Below are positions 42,243-54,163 of a stretch of 64,000 bases of DNA, one piece after another. The notes under the pieces are model-generated. The model saw only the letters and a list, made by a program, of their open reading frames with translations. It did no database searches and had not been told where the DNA came from. Both the position numbers and the translations under genes were made by a program. The stretch covers positions 96,001 to 160,000 of the forward strand of contig CAWHHI010000011.1 of assembly GCA_963829055.1 (NCBI GenBank). The letters are read 5' to 3'. The stretch comes from an uncultured Gemmatimonadaceae bacterium. Its GTDB lineage: Bacteria > Gemmatimonadota > Gemmatimonadetes > Gemmatimonadales > Gemmatimonadaceae. Each line of letters begins with the position of its first letter. Position 1 is the stretch's first letter.

Positions 42243-44333
42243 ATGACCACCGAATCGACTGCTGCGCCATCCGGTGCGAAGCGCGCCCTGCTCATCGGCG
42301 TGGACCAGTACCAGTCGCCGAAGATCCCGAAGCTCCAGGGGTGCGTGAACGACGCTGGTCTCATGCGGACCATCCTGCTCGAGCAGTTCGGCGTTCCAGA
42401 GGCAAACCTGACGCTGCTCACGGATGAGCGGGCCACGCGCGATGCGATTCTCGCCGCGTTCGACAAGCTCGTCGCCGACACGGGTGCCGACGACGTCGTG
42501 GTGTTCTACTACGCGGGTCATGGCTCGCAGATGACCGACCGCGAGGGTGACGAGGCGAGTGGGCTCGACAACACGATCATGCCGGTCGATAGTGAAGGCT
42601 GGTCGGGGATCAACCGCGACATCACCGACGACGAGATCCATCTCCGTCTCGTCGCGTTAGGTAAGAAGACGTCGTACATCACGCTCATCGTGGACGCGTG
42701 CCACTCGGCCACCATCACGCGTGATGCCTTCGGTGTGATGTCCCGCGGGGTGCAGGCGGACACGCGTCCCGTGTCGGAGCTGCCACCGTCGCCCATACCG
42801 CAGGCGGCCACGCGCTCGGCGTCCGGCGTGCGGAGCGAGAGTGGTCCGAGCGGCTGGATGCCACTCGCCGATCAGTACGTGCTGATCGCCGGCTGCCGCG
42901 ATGAGGAGACGTCGTTCGAGTATCGTCCACCCGAAGGAGACGGAAAGCTCGTACACGGCGCGCTCACGTACTTCCTGTCGCAGGAGCTCGGCCGCGCCAC
43001 GCCCGGCACGAGCTACCGCGACGTGTTCGAACGCGCGGCAGCTCGCGTCACCGCGAACAACGCCAGGCAGCATCCGCAGATGGAAGGGCGCGTCGATCGC
43101 GCACTGTTCGGCGTCGCCGATCTGCAGCCGATGCATTTTACGCGCGTGGTCTCACGAACCGGCGACACGGTGACGCTGGCCGCCGGCGCCGCCCAGGGGA
43201 TGACGGTGGGATCCGTGTGGGCGGTGTACCCGCAGGGCACCAAGCACACCGAAGGCGCCTCCGAGCTCGGGACGGTCGAGATCACCCAGGTGGGCGGCGT
43301 GAGAGCCAGCGCGCGCGTGACCTCGGAAACGACCCCGAATGCGATCGCGAGCGACACACGCGCGGTGGAGCGCGTGCACGCCTACGGCACGATGCGCATG
43401 CGGGTGCAGCTCGCGCCTAACGTGGCTGCCGCTGAAGCGCGCGGTGTGGCGCAGGCCAGGTCGCTGCGTGAAGCGCTGGCCGAATCGCGCCTCATCGAGG
43501 TCGTGGGCGCCGACGATGCCACCGCCGCCGCACGCATTTATCTCGTCGAGCCGCGCGCGGCCGCTGGGCCTGACGATCCGGTTCCACAGCTCGGCCCCGT
43601 CAGCGTTGCCGTGTGGGCCGTGGTCACGACGGACGGCCAGCTGCAGATGCCGCCCAAGCCGCTCGACGCGTTCGCGGAGGTGGGTGAGAATCTCGAGACG
43701 CTCGCCCGGTGCCGGCAGGCGCTCGACCTCGAGAACCCGAGCCCGACGAGCACACTCCGCGGCAAGTTCGAGCTCGAGCTGCTGCGTCGCGGTGCCGACG
43801 GCAAGTGGGTGGTCGCGCAGCCCGAAGTCGCCGGTGGTCTGCCGGTGTTCACTGACGGCGACGACATCGCGTTCGAGATCAAGAGCCGGCACGACGTCAA
43901 CGCGTTCGTGAGCCTCCTCGATTTCAGTCCGACTGGCGCCATCTCCCTCGTCTTCCCGGCGCCTAACGCCACCGATCAGATCACGCCCACGGTACGGTTC
44001 CAGATCGGGACGCGCGGTGGTGACGACGACTTCGCGGTGTCGTTCCCGTCGGGCTACCCTTATTCGGGTGGTTCGACGACTGCCCCGACGGACGCGCTCG
44101 AGACAGTAAAGCTGTTCGTGACGACGGCGCAGGCGGACTTCAAGTTCCTCGAGCAGCGCGGCGTCCGTGGCGTCGGCCAGTCTCCTGGTGGCGCGCTGCA
44201 ACTGCTGTGGGAGACGGCGGCCGGCATGGGGTCAATGCGCGACATCGGGCGTAAATCGGTGCCCGTGGACACCGAGGACTGGACGACGGTCGTGAAGCCG
44301 TTCACAGTGCGCCGCAAGCCGGCCGGCGCCTAA
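42243..44333 (+). CDS. Caspase-family (C14, metacaspase-like) protease with C-terminal DUF4384-like domain
   Basis: ALLIGVDQY, LQGCVNDA, YYAGHGS (His), IVDACHS (Cys), GALTYFL, QHPQMEG. Confidence 0.92.
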   Translation: MTTESTAAPSGAKRALLIGVDQYQSPKIPKLQGCVNDAGLMRTILLEQFGVPEANLTLLTDERATRDAILAAFDKLVADTGADDVVVFYYAGHGSQMTDREGDEASGLDNTIMPVDSEGWSGINRDITDDEIHLRLVALGKKTSYITLIVDACHSATITRDAFGVMSRGVQADTRPVSELPPSPIPQAATRSASGVRSESGPSGWMPLADQYVLIAGCRDEETSFEYRPPEGDGKLVHGALTYFLSQELGRATPGTSYRDVFERAAARVTANNARQHPQMEGRVDRALFGVADLQPMHFTRVVSRTGDTVTLAAGAAQGMTVGSVWAVYPQGTKHTEGASELGTVEITQVGGVRASARVTSETTPNAIASDTRAVERVHAYGTMRMRVQLAPNVAAAEARGVAQARSLREALAESRLIEVVGADDATAAARIYLVEPRAAAGPDDPVPQLGPVSVAVWAVVTTDGQLQMPPKPLDAFAEVGENLETLARCRQALDLENPSPTSTLRGKFELELLRRGADGKWVVAQPEVAGGLPVFTDGDDIAFEIKSRHDVNAFVSLLDFSPTGAISLVFPAPNATDQITPTVRFQIGTRGGDDDFAVSFPSGYPYSGGSTTAPTDALETVKLFVTTAQADFKFLEQRGVRGVGQSPGGALQLLWETAAGMGSMRDIGRKSVPVDTEDWTTVVKPFTVRRKPAGA

Positions 44334-44371
44334 CGACGGTCTCGCGTCGTCCCGAGGAGCGCCAGCGGGCT

Positions 44372-44490
44372 GTCATCCCGAGCGTCAGCGAGGGACCTTC
44401 TGTGAATGTAATCGTGGCCAGATCCGGCCACGATGACCTTACGAGAAGGTCCCTCGCTGCGCTCGGGTGCCGCTGGCTCCTCGGGATGAC
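44372..44490. repeat. REP-like palindrome family A
   Basis: GTCATCCCGAGCGTCAGCGAGGGACCTTCT...AGAAGGTCCCTCGCTGCGCTCGGG..CTCGGGATGAC. Confidence 0.85.
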
Positions 44491-44498
44491 GATGACAA

Positions 44499-47400
44499 TC
44501 AGCGCGTGCACCGTTGCGGGGGTCGTGACCCCGCCGGAGCGTCGACGATCCAGCGGTCGATCGATTCCTTCGAGTACGCGACCGCGCAGGCGCGCGCCAG
44601 CCACGCTTCCGGGTCCGTCAGGATGCGTACGATCTGTCCCGCTGCGTTCACCGCCAGCAACGCGCGACCGCTGTCGCCGAACGTGAGCCCCACCGCCTGA
44701 CCCTGCCCCGTTTCGATCTCCCCGATGATGTCGCCGCGCGCCACATCGCCGAGCGTCACCACGCCGTCCGTGTCGATCGCAAACAGGCGCCCATCGGGCG
44801 AGAGCGCGAACACATCGGGAGGCGGCCCCGATTTCCAGCGAAAGCGTGACGTCGGCTCGTGCCTGCCGCGCGTCCAGAACTGCACCATGAGGCCGTCGAG
44901 CGCCGCGACCACACTACCGTCCGCGCTCGTGCCCAACCCGGCGTACACTCCGATACCACTCAGTGAATCACGGACCCGCCTGGTCGCGAGATCCCACACC
45001 AGAATCGAAAACTGCGGTCCCTGCGTGACGAGCAGGTCTCCGCGCGGACTGAATTCCACCGGCGCGGGAAGGTTCGAATCCCAGAACTTGGGGCCGTTGT
45101 CGATGCCCGCGCGGAGAGTGTCCGCGGTCCTCGCGGCGAGATCCGCTACCACGACGGTGCGCGTACCCGGCAACGCGTACGCGACGCGTGCGGTCGATGC
45201 ATCCACCGCCACGGCAGCGTCCTTCGGGCTACCGACCAGCCGGTCCGGTGCGTCGCCGGCACCCTGAAACACGTACGCCGGCCCGCCGTCGCCATCGCTC
45301 GAGCCAGCGACGAGGAGACCGCCCGATGCACCGATGTACACATCCTGGCCGACGATGCGCCGGCGCGCCGCGCGGTCGTAGACGGCGCCGCGAACAGCGG
45401 GCGACGCGGTGATATCCCACACCGCGAGCTCGCCCCCAAACCCCCGTTGCGTCACCGCGAGCCTTCCATCCTTCGTTAGGCTCGTCACTTTCGTGGCCGT
45501 GTCGATGGGTAGCGCCGAGCGACGTATCAGTGCGCTATCGGCAAGATCCCAGACGTGAACGGTGCCCTCCAACGTGAGCGTCGCGATGCGGCCGCGCGTT
45601 CCGCTCACCACCAACACGTCGGGGATGTCGCCCGCCCCGTGCAGCGTGAGCGATGGCGCTCCCGGGTCCAGAGGCTGACTCGCGTCCAGGGGGCGCTCGA
45701 ACACGCGAACCTCGCCGTTCGGCGCAGCCGCCACCAGCGCCGCGTCGCGCTCCGTGAACGCCACGTCGCTGAACGTGACGCCAGTCATGAGACGTGCAGG
45801 CCGGTTCGACCGCAGCGGCCATAACGCGAGCGTATCTCCGGACGTCATGCGACCCGAGATGACCAGCGTGGAATTGTCGCGACTCACGGCGACGCCGGGT
45901 GGGAGAAAGCGAGAGCCGCCGCGCACGGTCCGCACCAGTTTCCCCGTCGCGACGTCCCAGACGCTGGTGCGCCCATTGTCCGCCATCGTGACCACGAGCG
46001 AGCCGTCCGTGCTGAACGCCGCTGGGAACGGCGGACTCGTGTGCCCGACGAGACGACTGCGCGAGCGCCCTGTCTCGAGGTCGAACAAGACCACGTCGTT
46101 GCCCTCGCCAACGGCAACCACGTGGCGCCCGTCGGCCGTTGGCGGTCCCACCCGCCAGGCGAGCGATTCCGGCCAGCTGGTGCCTGCCACGGGTGTCTCG
46201 CCTAACGACAGCGACAGCGAGTCGGACACCGCGGCCGCAATCGCCGCGGCCTTCGTCTTCTTCGCCTCGCGCAGCTCGGCTTCGCTCCACCGGCGCACCG
46301 GGACCTCACCCAGCTTTCGCCCCGTGGCCGCGTCCCACACGCGGAGCGTCGCGACGTCCGACGTCGAGTCACCCGAGACCGAGCTATACGTCATTCCGCT
46401 CGCGTCGAGAGTGACGGCGTTGCGATTCACCTCGGCCGGAAACGCCGTCTGCCGCGTTTCTACTCCGGTCGCGACGTCCATCGTGTAGATGCCATCGGGC
46501 CCCACGAGGAGCGCCCGCTCGCCATCGGGAGCAAACACCAGCTTCGTTCCGCCAGTGGAGGTCACGCGTACCAGCGTTGGGTCGCGCGCGAGCTGCGTGA
46601 ACAGCGCGCGCCGCGCCTCGAACGTCGGCGACTGCTGGTACGACGCGACGGCGTAGAGGAAGCCCAGGTCGCGTTGTTCCGGATCTGCTGACGATGCCCG
46701 CGCGCCCCACTCGCGCGACGTGCTGTCGGCGAGCCGAGCCTGCGATTGCCGATACAGAATCCAGCTGCCGACGCCGAACGCCGCGATGAGCGCGGCCGCG
46801 GCGATCGCACCGCGAACGACCCACGCGCGACGACGTCGTGCCCGATCGCGTTCGACGCGACTCGCCGCGACGAGCGCCCGCTCCTCGTCGTTCCACGCAC
46901 GCATCCCGCTCTCGCCAGTCTCGACCACGGCCAGGTCCGCCGCATCGAGTGGAATCCCGACGTGGCCATCTTTCCACTCGGCCGACCGCCCATCGAGCAC
47001 GCGCTTCGCCCTCGGCCCTGGCAGATCGGAGCGATCGAAGCGGTCGCGGACGATTGGCGCGAGTGTATCGTGGGCGAGGCGCGCCGTCGGATCCGCGAGC
47101 GGTGCACCGGTATCGTCGGTGTCGCGCACGACCAGGAGAAACAGTCGCGCGCACATCGCGCGAAGCCCGGGCGCCGTCTCGTTCGCGTGCGGATAGCGCT
47201 TGCTCTCTTCGCTGGCCGAGTGCTCGTCGGACGTCGCCTTGGGCGTCGTATAGAAGCGGAGGAATTCGAGCGCGAGACCGGAATCGACCGCCGCGGCATT
47301 CCAGGTGCGGAGCGCCTCCAACTGCTGCGTCACGAAGCCGTCGAGCTGCTTCGCTTTCGCGCGCACCGTTTCGTACAGCGCGGCGTCGAAGCGGACGACG

Positions 47401-49143
47401 TTCGCGGGACTGCCCTTCCGAGGCGCATCGGCCCACAGCTCCGCGAGCAGGATCTGCAGCAGCGGCGCGACGTGCGACGCGCGATTCGCGAGCAGATCGT
47501 CGGCGATCACGACGTCGAGCCCAGCCTCGAGCTCGAGACGCGTTGGCATTCGTCGCGCGGGAACGCGCGTTGGTCCGGTGATCGCCTCCAGCACGCCGCC
47601 GCGTGTGAGCTGCTCCAGGCGATGCTCGGTGCGAGCAACGCGGTGCGCCTCGAGCGCGCCCTTCACTTCCGACAGCCACTCCTTCCGGAATCCGAGTACG
47701 AGTCGCCCACGTGGGCGCGTCGCAGGCGTCGCGAAGAGATTCGCGATGGCGGCGGCGAACGCGTCGAGCTCACGCGCGCCGCTGCCTGCCGCGACGCGTC
47801 CCGCATCCTCGCTCGTGTACGCCTCCTCGAGCTGGTCGACGACGACGAACAGCGGTCGCCCACACTGCGCCTCGACGGCCCGCCACCGCTCGGCCACGGC
47901 CTCCGCGTCCGTCGCACGAGTGGCCTCGACGCCGAGCGTCGTGGCGAGTGTGCCGAGCAACCCGAGCGCGCGGTCGCGAGGCGCGTAGCGGACTTCGTGA
48001 GTACTCGTTAGGCGCGGCAGCAGCCCGGCGTCGAGCAGCGACGACTTGCCGACACCGGTCGCGCCGTACAGCAGCACCACTGACTCGGACGCCGCGCTCG
48101 TGACCTTGTCGTACAGCTCGCGAATGTCCTTGCCGCGTCCGAAGAACAGCTCCGCGTGCTTGCGGCTGAACGGACGCAGGTGTCTGAACGGCTCGGTGAG
48201 CGGCTCGTCGGTTTCCGGTAGCGTCGGCAGGCCGAACAGCGGATTTCCCGCAGCTTCGGGGAGCGCCCATGGACCGACCGTCTCCTCCGCGCCGCGCCGG
48301 AAGTAGAGGTCCCATGGCCAGCGTCCGTCGTCGGTCGTGACCGCGCTCTTCCGGCCAATGTCGCGGCTGCCTGACGATTCCGGCGCTGGTTGCACCACCT
48401 GCGACGCTGCGTCCGCGGAGGCGTGCATCGAGTCCGCCGTCGAGCCGCGGGCTGACCGCTCCGTGCTTGAAGCGAACGCCTGACGCGGCCTCGTCGTACG
48501 CGCGCTTGATGCCCGCCCCGCTTCCGAGTCCCTGATACAGCAGCACCGCGAACTGATGCGCGATCGCATCCTCGACGCTCCGCGACGTCGCCACCACGGC
48601 ACCAACGCCGGCGTCGCGGAGCGCGTCGACGTGCGCCTGTGTTGCGCACGCGTTGAGCACGACGAGCTGCAGCCCACGCTGACAGCCGAGGAACGCGGCG
48701 AGACCACTGGCATCGGCGACGGCCGTGGTGCCATCGGCGGTTTCGAACAACAACCCTTCTGGCCCGGCATGTCCCGCGAAGTGCAGAACGCCGATCCGGT
48801 CGCGATACGCGTCGTTCTGAAAGACGCGCATCACCTGCTCCGGCGTCGCATCCGGCAGCGTAACGACCTCGCAGATGCCGCCGCTCTGTGCCTCGCCGAG
48901 CGCCGCGACGATGTCGTTGAGCTCGAGGCTCAAGCTCCGGAGATGCCGCGCCCCCACAGCCTCGTTCGCGGTCGCGACGAGAATGACGGGCGCTCGACGC
49001 TCTACCGGTGCTGCGGTGGACGTCGACGCGTCGAGTGTCGGAGACGCGGGAGCGACGGTGTCTATGGGTTCCTTACGCTGGGAGCGGACAGGATACGTTA
49101 GCGCGGGCTGCTGCGTGCCGGAAGCGTCCGCCACTCCAGGCAC
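44499..49143 (-). CDS. CHAT protease + STAND (nSTAND1-like) NTPase + TM + WD40 protein, frameshift near 48450
   Basis: VLHFAGHA / VVLNAC CHAT dyad; FFGR, GATGVGKSS Walker A, VVDQLEE Walker B, LAHDTLA; TM; WD40 repeats (GHTSPPFPAAFSTDG..VWD); start uncertain. Confidence 0.88.
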
Positions 49144-49164
49144 TCATACCGATCTGATTTCTGG

Positions 49165-49476
49165 AACAGCAGGACAGGACGGCCAGGATGGGCTGGATGA
49201 CGGCAACTGCAACTACAACTACATGACAGGATTGGCAGGATGGACAGGATTGAACAGAGGCTCCGTGTCGCGCCCAACGCCCCTCCCGCAACGAGCCCAG
49301 TATGAGGGGAACGGCCGCTCGGGACGCCACTCGCCCTGAGATGTGTTCCTTCATTCGTTAGGCCCCGGCGACACGCGCCCCGACGCCGAGGCGGTCATCT
49401 TCTCAATCCTGCCAATCCTGGCCATCCTGTCTTGCGGTTGCCGTTCCGCGGTTGCCGTTCCTGTCAATCCTGTCAC
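49165..49476. repeat. Inverted arrays of 9-mer (ACAGGATTG-like) repeats around a family B core
   Basis: ACAGGATTGGCAGGATGGACAGGATTG ... AATCCTGCCAATCCTG..CAATCCTGT; a similar structure lies at 53748-53836. Confidence 0.7.
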
Positions 49477-49489
49477 CGCTGCAGTTGTC

Positions 49490-51840
49490 CTACTGGCTCA
49501 CCCCACGCGAGTCACTCACCGGCAAGTGCTCGCGCAGATATCGCGTGAGCAGCGAATACAGGTGCAACGACGTCCCCTCCCCTTCGCAGATGCAGTGCGT
49601 GCGGTTCGGGTAGGCCATCATGGTGAACGGCTTGTTCGCCTTCACCAGCGCGTTGACGAGCGCTTCCGTGTTCTGATAGTGCACGTTGTCGTCGCCGCTC
49701 CCGTGCACGACCAGCAGGTCTCCCTTGAGTTGATCCGCGAACGTCACCGGTGAGCCGTTCTTGTAGCCCTCCGGATTTTCCTGCGGCAGCCCGACGTACC
49801 GCTCCTGATAGATCGTGTCGTAGTAGTGAAGGTCGGTCACGGGCGAGACCGCCATGCCCATCTTGTACACATCGGGCGTGCGGAACATGACGTTGAGCGT
49901 CGTCGCTCCGCCGCCGCTCCAGCCCCATACCGCGAGCCGCTGCGGATCCACGAACGGCCACTTCCCGATCGCGCGCGCGGCCGCTGCCTGATCGCCGCCA
50001 TTCAATACGCCCATCCTGTTGTAGATGGACTTCCGCCACTCGCGCCCGCGCGGCGCCGGCGTGCCGCGATTGTCGACGCTCATGACGATGTACCCCATCT
50101 GCGACAGCATGAGATGCCACAGATACGTGCCACCGCCCCACGAGTCCACGACCGTCTGCGACGCGGGCTCGCCATACACGTGGAACAGCACCGGATATTT
50201 CTTCGTCTGATCGAAGCCGGGCGGCTTGATCATCCATCCGTCGAGCTGCACGCCGCCGCCGATGTCCACGCGGAAGAATTCGCGCGGGCCCTGCTCGAGT
50301 CCGGCGAGCTTCGCTCGGAGCGCCGCGTTGTCCTGCAGCACTCGAACGCGACGGTGATCGGGGAGCGTGATGATCTCGACCGTCGGCGGGGCGCCGAACG
50401 ACGACCACGTGTGCACCGCATAACGCCCGTTAGGCGAGAGGAGATACGCGTGCGTTCCCGGCTGGTCGGCTGGGGTGACGCGCGTCGTGACACCCGGCTT
50501 CTTGAGCGACGTCCGATACAGGTAGAGCTGCGTCGGGTTCTGCGGCGACGCGTAGTGATAGAGATACTCGCCCGTCGCATCCGGGCCTAACACGGCAAGC
50601 GCGCCGAACGCGGACGCCGGATGTGAGACGTCCATCGCGTCCGCACTGAGCGGCGTGACGGTCGCGCCGTCGCGCGTGACGCCGTACATGCGCCGCCAGC
50701 CGCTGCGCTCGCTCATCCAGACGAACCGACGGTCGGCGTCGATCCAGCGCACGTCACTCACCACATCCACCCACGCCGAGTCACGCTCGGTGAGCACGGT
50801 GCGGACGGCGCCTGTGCTCGCGTTGGCGAGCAGCACATCGATCTGGTTCTGACGCCGGTTGAGTCGCTGGATCAGTAATTCGCTCGAGTTCTTGTCACCC
50901 GCCCAATCCATGCGCGCGAGGTACTGATTACGCGGGTCTCCATCGATGGCGAGCCATCGTGTCGCGCCGCCGGCAGCCGGGATGACGCCGATGCGGCCGG
51001 CGGAGTTCGTGGTGCCCGCTTTCGGGTACTGCACCGGATTCACGAACGAGTACAGCGAGTCGGTGTCGTCGATGAGATTGAAGTTCTTCACCCCGCTCGC
51101 GTCGAGCTGCCAGAACGCGATCGACTTGCCGTCCGGGCTCCAGCGGAAGCCGTCGCGAAGGCTCAGCTCCTCCTCGTATACCCAGTCGAACGTGCCGTTG
51201 ATGATCGTCCGCGACCCGTCGCGCGTCAGGCGCGTGATGGCACCGCTGGCGACGTCCTCGACGTAGAGGTCGTTCTGGCGCACATACGCGACGCGTCCGC
51301 CGTCGGGGGAGAACTTGGCGAACATGAGCGTGGACGCCGGCGCGTCGCCGCCGAGCTTGCGAAGGCCACGAGTGCCGAGGTCGAGCACCCAGTAGTCGCC
51401 GCGGGTGTTCTGCCGCCAGACCTTCTCCGACGCGGTGAAGACGAGGAGTCGCTTCCTGTCCGACGACCAGTCGTAGTCTTCGACGTCGAGCGGCGCGGCC
51501 GCCCCGTTAGGCGTGAGCCACGTCGTGGGCACGATGACGTCGCGCGCGCCCGTCCTGCGCATTGAACCGCGCCAGCTCAGCCGCCCCGGGCTGCTGCGGA
51601 TTTCCCTGGAGCGCGACGTACGTCGAGTCATTCAGCCACCGAAGCTGCCCGGCGCCACGCGCGGCGAACTCGCCGGACGCGAAGATGCGCTCGAGCGTGA
51701 GACGGCTCGGGCTCGACGAAGCCGGCGGTGTGGCCTGGGCGCCGGCGTGGGCAGACGCAATCAGCGCGATGGGGGCGATCAGAAGGGCACCAGCCAGCGC
51801 GGCGCCTCGAATGCGTGTGGGACACGGGCCGTATTTCCAA
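49490..51840 (-). CDS. S9B dipeptidyl peptidase IV family, frameshift near 51560
   Basis: GWSGGG nucleophile motif, DWVYEEE, HGSGDDNVH, RTHC; start approximate. Confidence 0.92.
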
Positions 51841-52079
51841 TGCTCGGGTGAGACCGCGCCCACATCATCGGGCACGGTCTCTCATATGGTAGCCGCCGGC
51901 CCCACGCGTCTCAACGGCAATGATGCCAGTCGCTCGTGAGCACGCACGCCGATCAGACAACGCGCGACCCGTCCGCGCCGCGACTGACCCCTCGATTTCC
52001 GCGACCCGCCACAAGAGCGTACTGCGCCTCGCCCGTGAGACACAGATTGCCGGCTCAATTCCCAATGACCGGAGCTGTC

Positions 52080-53595
52080 ATGCCCTTGCCTCGCCTCCTG
52101 CGCCCTGCCGGCGCTGCCGCCTTCGCATTCGCCACGACGGGCGCGTTTCTCCCGATGCCGGCGTCTTCCCTCCGCCTTCCGCCATCCGCCCTCCGACTTC
52201 CGTCGGCGCCTTCGGCGCCGCTCGACACCGCCATCGCCCGCATGGGCGGCGAGGAGACGCTGCGGCGGATCGAGCGCGTGCGCTTCGAGATGATGACCCT
52301 GTGGCAGCGGCTCACGTTCGAGAACCGACCGTCCGATCTCATCGGCACGTACGAGCTGCACAGCGATCTCCGCAACTACACGCTCGGCGCGTGGCGCAAC
52401 ACGCGGCGGTTCGTCAGCGGCCCGACGTTGCGCGAGATGACCGACATCGTGCAGAAGGACGCCGGCATCCGGCGCATCCCGAACCCGGACGGGACATTCG
52501 CCCCCTGGGCGCCGATCAACATCGCCTACATCGACGAACGCAAGGAGATCTTCGCGTTCGCGCCCGAGCGCCTGCTTCTGGCCGCGCGCGCGGCGAGCGA
52601 TCTGCGAGCGTTGTCCGACACGACCATCGCGGGACTGCCTCACGCGCGGGTGGCGGCGACCATCGATGGCTTCCCGACGACGATTTTCCTGCGCCGGAAC
52701 GACGGCTTCCTCGCGATGGCCCGCTATCATGCCGCCCAGCCTAACGACTTCGGGCTCGCGCCGTGGGGCGACATGGAAGTCGAGATGTGGTACTCCCGAT
52801 GGGGGAAATACCCGATGCCTGGCACGAACGGCGTCGGCTACCCATCTCAATGGGACGTCCGACGCGTCGGACACATGTACAAGCGCGTCACGGTGCTCGC
52901 CGCGACGTTCGATGCCGCGGCACCGGCCGACTCGTTCGCGATCTCCGACTCGCTGCGTACGGTCTTTGCCAGCAGCAGCGCCAGCCGGCCGATGTGGGAC
53001 CTTCCCATGGATTCGGCGAAGATCATCGAGCCGCGACTGGCGCGCTTCGGCAACATCGGCCAGGCGCAGACCGCCGTGAAGCTGGGCTCGCAGTGGCTCT
53101 TGCTCGAGGGGACAGGCGTCCCGCAGCGCAACGAGACCGACCTCCAGTGGCTCACGTCCGCCGATGCGGGTTCGTCGGTCGCGGGCTTGCTGATCACCGT
53201 ACCTAACGCGGGCCGCGGTGGCGCCGCGTGGTTCGCGAGCCACAAGCTGCCGGTGTACGTCGCGCCCGGTGCCGCCAGCGCAACGGCAGCGACACTCGCC
53301 AACTGGAAGCAGCCGCGCACGGCCGCGACGGTCGTCACGAAGCCGCAGTGGCTGCGGATCGGCGCGGATTCGCTCTGGCTCGAGACGCATCGACTATCCG
53401 GACTACGCCGGCGCACTGGTCGCGTACGTGCCGTCGATGCGCTGGGTGTACAGCGGCCTGGCGGCGTCGCCGCTCAACCTCGACCTGCTCGCCGCTCGCA
53501 TCCGCGAACGCGGCTGGACGGTGGACCGTATCGGCTCAGCCCGTTCCCTCGACGCAGCCTGTGCCCGGCAGAACCGCGTCGCGTTAGGCGACTAG
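52080..53595 (+). CDS. Exported hypothetical protein, frameshift near 53390
   Basis: Long ORF with signal peptide and GGAG RBS; C-terminus (GALVAYVPSMRWVY) loosely resembles a degenerate metallo-beta-lactamase fold. Confidence 0.6.
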
Positions 53596-53900
53596 GGTCA
53601 TCCCGAGCCTCAGCGAGGGACCTTGCGTGATGTCATGAGCTGGTCCGGCCACGAGTATTTCACAGAAGGTCTCTCGTCATGCACCCGTCTGCGGCGGTCC
53701 GCGCTCCTCGGGATGACACGGCATACGACTACAACAAAAAACAGCAGACAGGATTGCAGGATGGACAGGATTGGACAGCACACGGGAGTTCCTGCGTCGC
53801 GAGCGCTTCAAATCCTGCAATCCTGCCAATCCTGTCTCTGGTCGTGACCGATCACCGCCACCAGTACCTCACAAGAGATCCCTCGCTGACGCTTCGCGGA
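53596..53900. repeat. Family A palindrome plus 9-mer inverted arrays
   Basis: GTCATCCCGAGCCTCAGCGAGGGACC..CTCGGGATGAC; ACAGGATTG arrays; AGATCCCTCGCTGACGCT. Confidence 0.75.
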
Positions 53901-54163
53901 TCGGGATCGAGCGCTCCTCTAACGCGCCGGACCTGAAACCTGACACCTCCCGCTGAGTGACTGACGCGCTTGGAACTGGCCAAGCCCTGCCGCGATGTCG
54001 ACAGCCCCACCACCTTGAGCCACATGGCAGCGAGGCATGGTCATGGCATACGTGCCGTCGTGCCGCTTTCTTTACGCGGATGACCATATCCAGCCGGAAT
54101 TCGAGCGACATCGAACGGCTCTCCCAGCGAGGCGACAACTGACGCCGGGAACGCCGCTCACCA

